Shown piece by piece: positions 26,491 to 36,042 of a DNA stretch of 53,619 nt. The stretch is from a virus. Its lineage: Duplodnaviria > Caudoviricetes. The notes under the pieces were generated by a model. The model made no database searches. It saw only the letters and a list, made by a program, of their open reading frames with translations, and was not told the DNA's origin. Positions within the stretch are counted from its first letter, which is position 1, and each line of letters begins with the position of its first letter. The stretch covers positions 1 through 53,619 of the IMG/VR virus record IMGVR_UViG_3300020183_000101, one strand, 5' to 3'. The translations under genes and the position numbers were made by a program.

Positions 26491-28986
26491 TCAAGTTACA
26501 AGTCTGACTCTGAAATTTCCAGGTCCAGGGTTTCCACCTTGACGTGTAGAAATAATGGTTACGGATCCATCAGTATATCCAGATCCTCCCCCACCTCCAC
26601 CGCCACCATTTCCACCATTTCCGCCAGTTGCACCATTACCACCTTGACCACCACCATTTAATCCAAGACCAGCAGTTTGTCTAATACCAAGACCCGCTTT
26701 AAATCCACGACTAATTACGTCACTATTGGTGACTATTCTGCCATCTGCAATTCTAAATTGAACATCGCCTAAATTTTGACATGGAGACAATCCTTGATTC
26801 CTATAATATCCTCCTCTTGGACATGGTAATACTCTTCCACCAAGAGGATTGGGAGCTGTTGCATCAGGGGATTGAGCAGCTCTACCGAAACTTGATCCAA
26901 AAACTCCATTTGGAGGTAGAGTCCCTGGTGCAAATAATACTCCACCAGCGCCGCCACCTGGACCAAACCCAGATCCGCCAGCAACATTTACACCACCAGC
27001 ATCACCACCATTACCCCTATTTCCAGCATTTCCACCACCACCCATTACAGCAATCAATGACGCTCTTCTATAAAAATAGATGGCATCGCCAACGTTTGCC
27101 TGACTAAATCCAGTAACAAGATATTCTTCATTTCTCCTCATCGTAAATCTAATAACAGAAATTCCACCTTGACCACCAACAAATCCACCATTACCATTTC
27201 CAGCAGGTCCTTGCATTTCTACAATAACATCAATATCTTTTTCTACAGCATGTAAAAGTGTCAATGCATAAAAATTATTACCAGGGAATACATAATCTCT
27301 TTCAAATAAATTAACATTTTCTATTGTAGCAATTGTCGAATCCTGGGGAACTGTAAGAACTCTAATAAGTTCTCTAGAAGGAACAGTCGTGAAGGTAGCA
27401 GAGTTTGTGATGACTGGAGAATTGCAAGCAGTAGGGTGACTAATAATACATTTAACAGATTGAGATCCTGCTTCTTCAGAAGAAATTGTCATTGTAGATG
27501 ACTGTGCTCCAGACACAGTATTTCTATACGTGGAAGTTCCACCACCAGTTCCAAAAATAATTTCAAAATTTCCGTCATTTCTATTATTAAATCCACCACC
27601 AGAGAAGTCTGCTGGAAATGTTCCCGAAACTTCTGTAACATAACTTCCATTAGTTACTAAAGTTGTATTAATAAATCCAGAACCACCACCACCTACTCCA
27701 ACAGGACCTCCGCCTCCTCCACCAAAATATCCACCTCCACCACCAGAAGAATACAGAGAAGCAACACCATCACCACCTTTTAAAGCAGTTCCAGCATTTC
27801 CACCATCTCCACCAGTTCCACCAGCGGTTTGAGTTGCGGATCCTCCAGATCTTCCTGGTCCCTGATTTGATCCATTGCTAACACCAGAAGATCCACCGCC
27901 AGAAGCACCTCTTCCAGGGTCTCTATTTGCTCCACCACCCCCACCAGCAATTAAAACTGCATTTGATTGTGCAATACTTGTTATGAATAGTCCAGTGTAT
28001 CCACCACCTTGAGCACCGCCACCAGTTCCAACAAATGTACCAGATCCACTTCCTCCGCCAGATGCAGTTGCTGCTGGGTTTTGTTGCGCTAAAGTATTAT
28101 CAGAATGAACTCCAGCACCCGCAACGATTAATTTATAAACTTGGTTTTGAACAAAAGTAAATGTGCCTTGTGCATATCCACCGAGTCCTCCAGTGTTTCC
28201 ACCTCTTTGTTCTGTTCCACCTCTTCCACCAACAGCACGAATTGTTGTAGAAAAAGTTCCTTGAGGAACTAAAGTATAAACAACACCTGGAGTAAATGAT
28301 GAATATCTTCCGACAGTGTTAAAATTTACAGATACTGTTTGACCTGTAGATTCATTTGTAATATTTAAAACGGTTAAAGATACTCCACCACAAGCAGGAG
28401 TATAAGTATTAGTTCCATTTACAGCATTAACACATCCTATTTGCCATTGATAATTAACAGGACTGCTATCAGTTGCTACTCCTTCAGCGGTAAATGTTGC
28501 GTTTCTTCTTTGTGCAGCAGTAGCATCTGATGGATTTTTTGTTATGCTGATATTGGGAAAAACATTTATAGTTGCAATATTAGTATCTGAAGGATCATTA
28601 AGAGCATTACCTGTAGATTTTGCTATTCCAACTTCTTCGTAAGCAGATGGAATATAATCAACTCTTAAGAAAAATTGTCTTCCAAAATCATTAGTTGATA
28701 AATTAGATATTGTTAGGGTTGTTGTAGAAGATCCAACAACATTTGGACCATCAGTTACAGGACCAACTCCAACTTCATACCATTCATATTTTATTTCACC
28801 ACTATTTTCTGCTGGATTTGTTGGAACTTGTGTGGGAAAAGTTGCCGTGGCAAGTCCAACAAAACTGACAGTAGATCCAGCACAAACTGAAACTGAACTT
28901 GGGTGTTGGAGGATAGTTATTACTGGACCGTTTAATTCGATCCTAGTTGGAATATCTTTAAAGACCTGTAAATCTATAGGGCTCAT
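26491..28986 (-). CDS. Ig-like-domain and double glycine-rich-domain fibre tip / adhesin
   Basis: ITILQHPSS...YEWYE...TLTISNL and ITKNPSD...NYQWQ Ig-like strands; two Gly-rich domains (VLIAGGGGG; IAVMGGGG). Confidence 0.75.
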   Translation of the reverse strand: MSPIDLQVFKDIPTRIELNGPVITILQHPSSVSVCAGSTVSFVGLATATFPTQVPTNPAENSGEIKYEWYEVGVGPVTDGPNVVGSSTTTLTISNLSTNDFGRQFFLRVDYIPSAYEEVGIAKSTGNALNDPSDTNIATINVFPNISITKNPSDATAAQRRNATFTAEGVATDSSPVNYQWQIGCVNAVNGTNTYTPACGGVSLTVLNITNESTGQTVSVNFNTVGRYSSFTPGVVYTLVPQGTFSTTIRAVGGRGGTEQRGGNTGGLGGYAQGTFTFVQNQVYKLIVAGAGVHSDNTLAQQNPAATASGGGSGSGTFVGTGGGAQGGGYTGLFITSIAQSNAVLIAGGGGGANRDPGRGASGGGSSGVSNGSNQGPGRSGGSATQTAGGTGGDGGNAGTALKGGDGVASLYSSGGGGGYFGGGGGGPVGVGGGGSGFINTTLVTNGSYVTEVSGTFPADFSGGGFNNRNDGNFEIIFGTGGGTSTYRNTVSGAQSSTMTISSEEAGSQSVKCIISHPTACNSPVITNSATFTTVPSRELIRVLTVPQDSTIATIENVNLFERDYVFPGNNFYALTLLHAVEKDIDVIVEMQGPAGNGNGGFVGGQGGISVIRFTMRRNEEYLVTGFSQANVGDAIYFYRRASLIAVMGGGGNAGNRGNGGDAGGVNVAGGSGFGPGGGAGGVLFAPGTLPPNGVFGSSFGRAAQSPDATAPNPLGGRVLPCPRGGYYRNQGLSPCQNLGDVQFRIADGRIVTNSDVISRGFKAGLGIRQTAGLGLNGGGQGGNGATGGNGGNGGGGGGGGSGYTDGSVTIISTRQGGNPGPGNFRVRLVT

Positions 28987-31900
28987 AAGAAGTTCTGTCC
29001 TCCAACAATACCATACATTCCATCACTAGTTAGGTTAGATCCATCAAAGATTTTGAATGAATAGATATCCGTTCTATCAGCAGTTGTAGTTACAATAGGT
29101 AGAACTCCACTTGGCCAGAAGATTGGAATTACGTTTCCACCAGATGTTCTGAATGTATCAATTCCAACACTATTACCACCAGTAGAATCTTGCTTCAACT
29201 TCAAAGTAAATGCTGTAGATCCAGGAGGTGCATTAACCAAAGTAAATTGATCAATTCTATCATTAACTGTGAGAGTAAATGTGAGTGCTCTACTAAGATC
29301 AAGAGTTACAACATTTGAATTGATAGTGACTGGTTCAACAACTTCATAGTATGTCTTAAATCTTACCGCACCATCAATATCTAATTTTTCTCTTGGAACG
29401 CTTGTACCAATTCCAACACTTCCAGATGCAACAGCGGAGAGTGTTAATGCTCCAGGTCCAACTGCCAGCGTAGTGGTGGTAACGAATCCTGCATTAATTT
29501 TACCTGTTCCGCCATTCAGATCATATTGATATGCAGTAAGCATTCCACCTACAGCAACATCAGATATAAATGTTACAAACCCAACAAAGATTGACTTGTT
29601 ATTCACATAGAGATCAGTTGTTCCCGCACCAGCAACACCAAGTTCAAGATTGTAGTTTGGTGTGGAATTACCAATACCTGTATTGTTCAGATATGTGTTG
29701 TAGATTCCTGTTCCAAGTCCAGCAGCAACATTAGACCAACCACTAGCAGCAATGTTGAGATTGGTTAGTCCAGATCCATCTCCACTGAAGTTGAGTGCAT
29801 AGCAAGTTCCAATAATATTGGTATTTCCATTGACATGTAACTTAAATGGACTTGCGCCAGTTCCAATTCCAACTCCAAATCCATCCACACAGAATACGCT
29901 AGATCCAGATCCAACTTTTAAAGTACAATCTCCAGGAGAAGTTGTTGCAATTCCAACCTGGTCATAGACCATAATATCAGATTCTTTGGACAAGCTAATT
30001 GCACCAAAGCGATACCAATCATTATTAGAAGTATAAACCCATCCAAGATAACCACCTTTATCTGGGTTATCTAGATAATTAACATCACCTGGGTTACCTG
30101 CAAGAATTGGAGTTGCAATACCTACAGTATATTTTCTAGCAACAGTAGCTTCACCTTGAACAAACAGAGATTGAGCTTCAATACCTTTAGGGGAACTAGA
30201 TGTTATTTTGTTGGTAAAGACAACAGGACCATTAAATTCAGAGAGAGTTTTGTTATCTGGACCACCTTGAACTTTAACAGATCTATCAAACGATCCCTCA
30301 AGAGCATTTGTAATATTGATTGATGGAAGACGGCCAATATCTTCACCAGTAACTGTTTGAACTGGGGTTTCAAAGATTTCTTGAACACCAGTGATTGTAC
30401 TGATCTTGGTATTTCCGTTAAAAGAAATACCTCTGTCGTTCATTCCAGTGTAGAAATTAACACCGCCATTTAGTTTAGTAGATTGTGAGAGAAGTTCCTC
30501 TGTTGAAGAAAGAGCACGATCTTGCTTTAGTGGTAATGCAGTAGAGTAGTTACCAGGACCATATCCAACATATTCAAAAGTATGTCCAGACGCTCTGTTG
30601 ATAGAATGTCTTCTAAATTCTATTGGATTTACAGAAATTTTTCTGACTACTGCATTATTGGCATGATTAACTGCTTTTGTTCCCAATACTCCACGGAAAA
30701 CATAAAGTGGGTTTGCTGGAGTGCTAGGAACAGTAGTCTTAACACGAATAATCTCATCATCAATTACAAGATAATCACCAATATTAATATCAAGGTTTTG
30801 AATATTTTGAATATTGATTTGATCTGTAGATGCATCTGGAATAAGAGCGGACAGAGTAGTTGTAATTCCAGCATAGTTTGGAACCATTCTACCATTCAAG
30901 TTTTCATTATCTGCAGTGATAATACCATCATTAGAAGTAATTCCTTCACGGAATATGAAGATCTTTCCAGTTGCAGATGGTGAAGAAACTCCAATACCAA
31001 GATTAAGAGTTAAAGAGTTTTGTCCGATAATCTCTCTTACAATGAAAGATCCATTATAAGTATTTTGATCAGCACCGACTACACGAACCTTAGCATCAAC
31101 TCTCAGTCCATGTCTGTTCTTAGTTGTTACTGTTGCAATTCCAGCAGAGAAATTGTAATCAATCGTATTTACTGAAATTGCTTGACCAGTATTATATGCA
31201 CTAGCACCTGTTACATATTCTTGAGTTACTCCAGTGCTATTAACACCAATTATAGGAGTTGCCGATGCAACAGTAAATGACTTTGCAGCACCTACATAAA
31301 CTTCACTAACTCTATAAAGATCATTGTACTTCAGATAAGTTTCTGATGTGACACCAGAAATACGAACAACATCACCAACGTTATTATAAATTTGCGTTAC
31401 AGTGACAACTGCTTGCTGGAAAGCAAGAGTTGTTGTAACTCCAACAACTGCAAGTGTGTTACCAATACCATATGCAGATCCACCATCCATGATCTTGATG
31501 TTGGTAATACCACCGCCAGCATCAACAGTGATCTTTGCAGTAGCACCTTGTCCTGTGGTTGATCCAGCAAATCCTACAAGTTTTGCGTTATAGATTTCTC
31601 CAGCGGACCCAGATCCGTATCCAAGACCACTATTTGCAATACTAACTCTAGTAATTCTATTAAATCCGTGATCAATTTCAGTCCAAACTATATGCGAAGT
31701 GCCTCCAGTTGCAACAGAAGTAACAAGATCTGTTAGTCCAACACCAACTTCAATATCATTTACAAACTTAGTAACAGTTTCTTTGGTTACACTCTTACGA
31801 ACATCATTGACAACAACCTCACCAATTGTTGAAGATAGAGCATATGATCTTGCAGCATCAGGATCAGACTGTGGATTATCTCTATTTGTTTGTGGATATA

Positions 31901-34847
31901 GTTCTTTTACTGGTTGAGAGAACTGTTGAGAAGTGAATGGAGATGCAGTTGGTGAATTAGATGCATTCAGAACAGTCAGATAATAAATGCCATCTTGCTC
32001 TCCAAAGATATAATTCTGCGCCTCTTCAGTTCTAAAGACGTAATATGTGTTTGTATAATTTTTTCTCTTAAAGTGAGGTAGATTGGTGTCTCTTGTATTA
32101 ATGTCATTCTGGAAACCACCAGGGCTTGTTACAATACCAACACTAAATTGCTTAGAACTAGAAATACCAGTAACAACAAAAGTTCCATTGTAACCATCAT
32201 TCATCACAGCTGCTACGTTTTCAGCACTCTTAATTTTGTTGAGTTCAACAACAGCGCCAACTGTCAAATTGTGAGGAAGTTCTGTTAGAATGTTTGCGGT
32301 TCCACCACTCCAGTTTGCATTAGCAATGAATCTATAATTTCTTTGCTGACCAACATTAGTGAGTGATCCAGATCCAAAATAAGTCTGAATCTCTGCAGTT
32401 GTTGATCCAATAGAAGTATTTGACTCTTGAATAATAAAAGCATCACTTGGCGGTCTTCCCAATGTTGGGGCAGCAGCAGGAAGAACATATCTGAAGCGAT
32501 AAGTTGTATCTGCAGCGTTTCTATTATCCTGCTTTCTCTTAATGAAAGTTCTGGGGGTTGCTTCTCCAAGAACAGTGCTTCCCAGACTTACAATAGCATT
32601 ATAAATCGTATTATCGGTTGCAGAGGTTGATACCTTAACATACCATTGAGATCTGGAAATATCATACTGAATTGGGTGCCCAATATCACCAGAGTTCTTA
32701 TCAGACACTCTACTGACAACAGACAAGATTCCACCATTACTATTAATACTCAACGTATTTCCGTTCAATGCATCAGTCAAAGTCTTTGCAACTTTGATTT
32801 GAGTATTCGTGGTTAATCCACTTAAAGCATTTGAGTTGGTGACTGCGAAATAAACTTGGTTTGGTGTTAAACCATCAGGAATTTGACCCGTATCACTTAA
32901 AACTCTGATCGTTTCTCCGTTAATGAAACTGTGTGCTTGTTGGAATGTAATAGCATTATTTGAGATACTATTGATACCCGTTACGCTTCTATTAACATAT
33001 AGGAATTTCTCAGAACTTGTCTGAGATCCTGGCATTACAATTCTAGAACTATATTCAGTTACATTTCCATTAGCAGAAAGGAGAACCTTGATAGCATCAC
33101 TTTCTCTTGCACCAACCCTGAAACCTTCCAATACGTTTTCTGGTGGAACGTCAACGTTCTTTTCATTATAAAGATAAAGATGACCCGTCGATGCAACTCC
33201 AACAGTAGAATCAACGTCAATAGCAGAAAATTCAATTGCAGACTCTGTTAGAGGAATTTCTTTGGGTGGAATGATGTGAGTAATGTATCCAACATCATCC
33301 TGTAAGAATGCATCTTTTCTGAATCCCTTTGCAATTAGAGACTTTGCACCAAAGTTAGAGTTGGAGTTGGTGATTGAAGCGTCACCACCATTTTCTACAA
33401 CAAAGTGCTCAGCAAATCCGATAGCAAAAATTGAAACAGCTTGAATAACAGAATTGTTTGTTGCTTTAATATGAAAGTTTGCGTATTCAGGTTTAAAGAC
33501 TGCTCTAGAATTATTACTTAGAGTTTCATTGCCTGGTGTGGTATTGTCATCAAAAACACCAGTATCTTCATTATAAATTACAAACGCTTGGTCATCTTTT
33601 TGAAGTCCAATACCCGTAAATTGAGCAACAACCATGGACTTGAATCCAGTTGCACGGGCTCCATCTGCATTAAGACCACACATTCCAAAAACAGAACGCA
33701 GAGAGCAGTTAAAGACATATGGAGATGCTGAAGTAACTGTATCAGACTGCAGTGAAAGTGTTGCACCAGTTACTGATGGGAGTGCAAGTAAAGGTGCGTT
33801 CTGAACTTGATAACTGATTTGAGTGTCATTGAGTTTCTCAGTTACAACAAATTGTCCATTATAACCAGAGGCAGTAATTCCTTCCACTCTGAATGGAGTA
33901 TCAACATCAAGACCTTCAATAGGAACTGCTGTAGTGACAGTAATTGTTTTGGATGGAAGTACACCATCACCAGATCTGATGCTGGTGATACCTACGGATT
34001 CTCCAATAGATCCTACAATTCTATATTCATCAACTTTTGGTTGAATATCAAGTCCTGACGAGGGATAGTCAGGTTCAATTGTTCTACCACTAGCTTCACC
34101 ATAGACAAGACCAACCTTTTCATAATACATATCCAGATCAGTTCTAGTTGTTGAGTAACTCATGAAGGCGTCATTAATCGTAACTGGATTAACGCCATCA
34201 GCGTATTCAAAACAAGCCAGTTTGTGATGAGAGAAATTGGGAACAAACTGGTTTGCAGTATAATCAATATATACCTGACCATTTGGATCACCATCAAACA
34301 TGGTGAATTGCCAGAAATAGCAGGCTCCTGTTACACGGAAAATAGAAGATCTTTCAATATCAGCGTTTGTTGGATCTGGAACATATTTTGGACGAATCTT
34401 TGTTTTACGAAGATCAAATCCAACAAGAGAAGTACCACGAGGAAGAATAACGCCCCCGTAAATACTATTCATCTTGTAAAGAGCATTATCTGGAGCAGTC
34501 AGGTCATAATTTGTAGTAAGATCCCAAGGTGGAAGATTACTAGAAGTTCCACCATTTCTTAGTCTAAAAAGGTTTTCTCCATCAGGAATCCATCCAGGTC
34601 TGTTATCAATAACGTGATCACCTGGATATACAAGAATTGTGGTTTTACCAAATCTATCGTTGTTAAGACCTTTTTGATATGAAAATCTTGCAGACTCAAT
34701 AAGTGCCCTTTGAATTGTTTTAAAAGGACGGGTTAATGAGTTGCCCTGATTTTCAATACTATCAGTCGCGTCTAGATCATTTGGATTGACGTAGAGAATA
34801 TTGCCACGAGCATTCTTTAGAAAATTATCTAATCTGGAGAGACCCAT
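28983..34847 (-). CDS. Long (proximal) tail fibre / major fibre structural protein
   Basis: 1954 aa; MGLSRLDNFLKN...PFKTIQRALIE N-terminus typical of cyanomyophage fibres; C-terminal VGIAT/GDGSGLT repeats; ATAAATA at 34877-34883. Confidence 0.8.
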   Translation of the reverse strand: MGLSRLDNFLKNARGNILYVNPNDLDATDSIENQGNSLTRPFKTIQRALIESARFSYQKGLNNDRFGKTTILVYPGDHVIDNRPGWIPDGENLFRLRNGGTSSNLPPWDLTTNYDLTAPDNALYKMNSIYGGVILPRGTSLVGFDLRKTKIRPKYVPDPTNADIERSSIFRVTGACYFWQFTMFDGDPNGQVYIDYTANQFVPNFSHHKLACFEYADGVNPVTINDAFMSYSTTRTDLDMYYEKVGLVYGEASGRTIEPDYPSSGLDIQPKVDEYRIVGSIGESVGITSIRSGDGVLPSKTITVTTAVPIEGLDVDTPFRVEGITASGYNGQFVVTEKLNDTQISYQVQNAPLLALPSVTGATLSLQSDTVTSASPYVFNCSLRSVFGMCGLNADGARATGFKSMVVAQFTGIGLQKDDQAFVIYNEDTGVFDDNTTPGNETLSNNSRAVFKPEYANFHIKATNNSVIQAVSIFAIGFAEHFVVENGGDASITNSNSNFGAKSLIAKGFRKDAFLQDDVGYITHIIPPKEIPLTESAIEFSAIDVDSTVGVASTGHLYLYNEKNVDVPPENVLEGFRVGARESDAIKVLLSANGNVTEYSSRIVMPGSQTSSEKFLYVNRSVTGINSISNNAITFQQAHSFINGETIRVLSDTGQIPDGLTPNQVYFAVTNSNALSGLTTNTQIKVAKTLTDALNGNTLSINSNGGILSVVSRVSDKNSGDIGHPIQYDISRSQWYVKVSTSATDNTIYNAIVSLGSTVLGEATPRTFIKRKQDNRNAADTTYRFRYVLPAAAPTLGRPPSDAFIIQESNTSIGSTTAEIQTYFGSGSLTNVGQQRNYRFIANANWSGGTANILTELPHNLTVGAVVELNKIKSAENVAAVMNDGYNGTFVVTGISSSKQFSVGIVTSPGGFQNDINTRDTNLPHFKRKNYTNTYYVFRTEEAQNYIFGEQDGIYYLTVLNASNSPTASPFTSQQFSQPVKELYPQTNRDNPQSDPDAARSYALSSTIGEVVVNDVRKSVTKETVTKFVNDIEVGVGLTDLVTSVATGGTSHIVWTEIDHGFNRITRVSIANSGLGYGSGSAGEIYNAKLVGFAGSTTGQGATAKITVDAGGGITNIKIMDGGSAYGIGNTLAVVGVTTTLAFQQAVVTVTQIYNNVGDVVRISGVTSETYLKYNDLYRVSEVYVGAAKSFTVASATPIIGVNSTGVTQEYVTGASAYNTGQAISVNTIDYNFSAGIATVTTKNRHGLRVDAKVRVVGADQNTYNGSFIVREIIGQNSLTLNLGIGVSSPSATGKIFIFREGITSNDGIITADNENLNGRMVPNYAGITTTLSALIPDASTDQINIQNIQNLDINIGDYLVIDDEIIRVKTTVPSTPANPLYVFRGVLGTKAVNHANNAVVRKISVNPIEFRRHSINRASGHTFEYVGYGPGNYSTALPLKQDRALSSTEELLSQSTKLNGGVNFYTGMNDRGISFNGNTKISTITGVQEIFETPVQTVTGEDIGRLPSINITNALEGSFDRSVKVQGGPDNKTLSEFNGPVVFTNKITSSSPKGIEAQSLFVQGEATVARKYTVGIATPILAGNPGDVNYLDNPDKGGYLGWVYTSNNDWYRFGAISLSKESDIMVYDQVGIATTSPGDCTLKVGSGSSVFCVDGFGVGIGTGASPFKLHVNGNTNIIGTCYALNFSGDGSGLTNLNIAASGWSNVAAGLGTGIYNTYLNNTGIGNSTPNYNLELGVAGAGTTDLYVNNKSIFVGFVTFISDVAVGGMLTAYQYDLNGGTGKINAGFVTTTTLAVGPGALTLSAVASGSVGIGTSVPREKLDIDGAVRFKTYYEVVEPVTINSNVVTLDLSRALTFTLTVNDRIDQFTLVNAPPGSTAFTLKLKQDSTGGNSVGIDTFRTSGGNVIPIFWPSGVLPIVTTTADRTDIYSFKIFDGSNLTSDGMYGIVGGQNFL

Positions 34848-34887
34848 CTTTATTCTTATAGATTTCCGTTATGAGTTATTTATCATA

Positions 34888-34913
34888 CAACAAAACCTCC
34901 CGAAGGAGGCTTT
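34888..34913 (-). terminator. Rho-independent terminator with cUUCGg tetraloop
   Basis: Minus strand AAAGCCTCC-TTCG-GGAGGTTTTGTT; T4-type UUCG hairpin. Confidence 0.85.
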
Positions 34914-34943
34914 GAAGCACACGGAAGGGGTTTGAGTATCGCC
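34888..34943 (-). ncRNA. Candidate ~56-nt small RNA
   Basis: ORF-less interval between a near-consensus sigma70 promoter and the UUCG terminator. Confidence 0.4.
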
Positions 34944-34949
34944 ACTTAT

Positions 34950-34978
34950 ATATTATGATACTTTCTTAAGCTTGTCAA
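34950..34978 (-). promoter_or_regulatory. Sigma70-type promoter
   Basis: TTGACA-N17-TAATAT. Confidence 0.65.
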
Positions 34979-35129
34979 GCATGTATTCTACAGTATTTGC
35001 AATATCATTCATTGCATCACGAAGATCTGGTTGCTGACCAGATTCTTGCTTTAAAACAGGTCTAGAATCATCAACCAAAGTCCATCGCCATTGACTCATA
35101 TCCTTACAATACCAGAGATTAATTTTCAT
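34953..35129 (-). CDS. Small hypothetical cyanophage protein
   Basis: MKINLWYCKDMSQWRWTL...QESGQQPDLRDAMNDIANTVEY; start moved to ATG 35129. Confidence 0.75.
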   Translation of the reverse strand: MKINLWYCKDMSQWRWTLVDDSRPVLKQESGQQPDLRDAMNDIANTVEYMLDKLKKVS

Positions 35130-35277
35130 TTTTGAAATGCTCCAGTCGCAACCAGTTGATAAGGGCATTGACTTCCATTCGGTCTTGTTCAGACCAGTCT
35201 AAGGCATCTTTAACTCTAGCATAACAGGTAAGCGCATCAATAGCAAGTTGCCGATCTCTTTGTGAAATTAATGACAT
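35119..35277 (-). CDS. Small hypothetical protein (52 aa, not in ORF track)
   Basis: Manual translation MSLISQRDRQLAIDALTCYARVKDALDWSEQDRMEVNALINWLRLEHFKNEN; stop overlaps next start. Confidence 0.65.
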   Translation of the reverse strand: MSLISQRDRQLAIDALTCYARVKDALDWSEQDRMEVNALINWLRLEHFKNEN

Positions 35278-35298
35278 TTTGGAGTTTATAGAACTCAG

Positions 35299-35370
35299 AG
35301 CCCCCGACAGGGATCAAACCTGCGACCTGAAATTTACAAAATTCCTGCTCTATCACTGAGCTACAGAGGC
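35299..35370 (-). tRNA. tRNA-Thr(UGU), no encoded CCA
   Basis: Cloverleaf GCCTCTG/CGGGGGC acceptor, GCTC/GAGC D stem, anticodon loop TTTGTAA, T arm GCAGG-TTTGATC-CCTGT. Confidence 0.85.
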
Positions 35371-35372
35371 GA

Positions 35373-35642
35373 TTAATCAACAGGCAACATTTCTGGATTT
35401 TCCAGTTCAACTTCAAACATGAGAGGATGACATAATTCATCAATTAAGTAAAAAGATGACTTATATAAGTCCTCTGGTTCAAACCTTCTTTCGTTGTCTG
35501 CTAGATGAATCACTTCCAAATCTTGCATTGCACAATCTGGAAGTTCGTCAAAAGTAAATGGAACTTGGTTTATGAAATATATTAGAACTATTTTTGTCCC
35601 TTTATTGTACCAACAATAAGCAGTATCAATACGATATTTCAT
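35373..35642 (-). CDS. Small acidic hypothetical cyanophage protein
   Basis: 89-aa ORF between the tRNAs with AGGAG SD and CTAAATA late-like box upstream. Confidence 0.75.
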   Translation of the reverse strand: MKYRIDTAYCWYNKGTKIVLIYFINQVPFTFDELPDCAMQDLEVIHLADNERRFEPEDLYKSSFYLIDELCHPLMFEVELENPEMLPVD

Positions 35643-35689
35643 AGGATTTGCTCCTACTTTTGACTATTTAGAGGTCAGTTAAATCATCA

Positions 35690-35773
35690 TAGGGCGAGAG
35701 GGACTTGAACCCTCACGGGATTACTCCCAACAGATTTTAAGTCTGGTGTGTCTACCACTTCCACCACCGCCCC
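35690..35773 (-). tRNA. tRNA-Leu(UAA), no encoded CCA, intronless
   Basis: GGGGCGG/TCGCCCT acceptor, anticodon arm CCAGA-CTTAAAA-TCTGT, long variable arm GGGAGTAATCCC, GTTCAAGTC T loop. Confidence 0.92.
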
Positions 35774-35779
35774 AGAAAA

Positions 35780-35986
35780 TCACACTTGGTACGTGATAGG
35801 ATTATACTTGAGATACTCCCAAAAAGTCAATTTCATCTCTTTTTGTGACATTCCGCAGTGTTTTGCTGCTTTTGGCAAATTCCACTTTACCGTAAAAAGT
35901 GCCTCATTTGCCTCTTTTACGTTTTCTGGAGTTGTCTTGACTGGTTCCTCTTTGAGGGATTTATATGAAATTTTATACAAATTCAT
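35780..35986 (-). CDS. Small hypothetical protein with HTH-like segment
   Basis: MNLYKISYK...WNLPKAAKHCGMSQKEMKLTF; start moved to ATG 35986. Confidence 0.65.
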   Translation of the reverse strand: MNLYKISYKSLKEEPVKTTPENVKEANEALFTVKWNLPKAAKHCGMSQKEMKLTFWEYLKYNPITYQV

Positions 35987-36010
35987 ATTTTGAAAAAAGT
36001 AAATGGGCAA

Positions 36011-36042
36011 ATTTTTGGCGGAATTTTTTTTGCGCCAAAAAT
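36011..36042. repeat. Perfect 10-bp inverted repeat within A/T-tract intergenic region
   Basis: ATTTTTGGCG-N12-CGCCAAAAAT. Confidence 0.7.

Noticed and set aside
8512-28986. CCA/CCT-rich low-complexity runs suggesting tandem repeats or a CRISPR array
   Set aside because: They are polyglycine codons; no constant repeat with unique spacers
2090-34847. Diversity-generating retroelement or invertible shufflon acting on fibre genes
   Set aside because: No reverse transcriptase or recombinase in the window, no near-identical TR/VR pair noticed, and all modules share one orientation
35237-35443. 68-aa minus-strand ORF
   Set aside because: Overlaps tRNA-Thr and the end of 35373..35642; better explained by those features
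35690-35773. Group I intron as in many cyanobacterial tRNA-Leu(UAA) genes
   Set aside because: Anticodon loop is contiguous; no insertion
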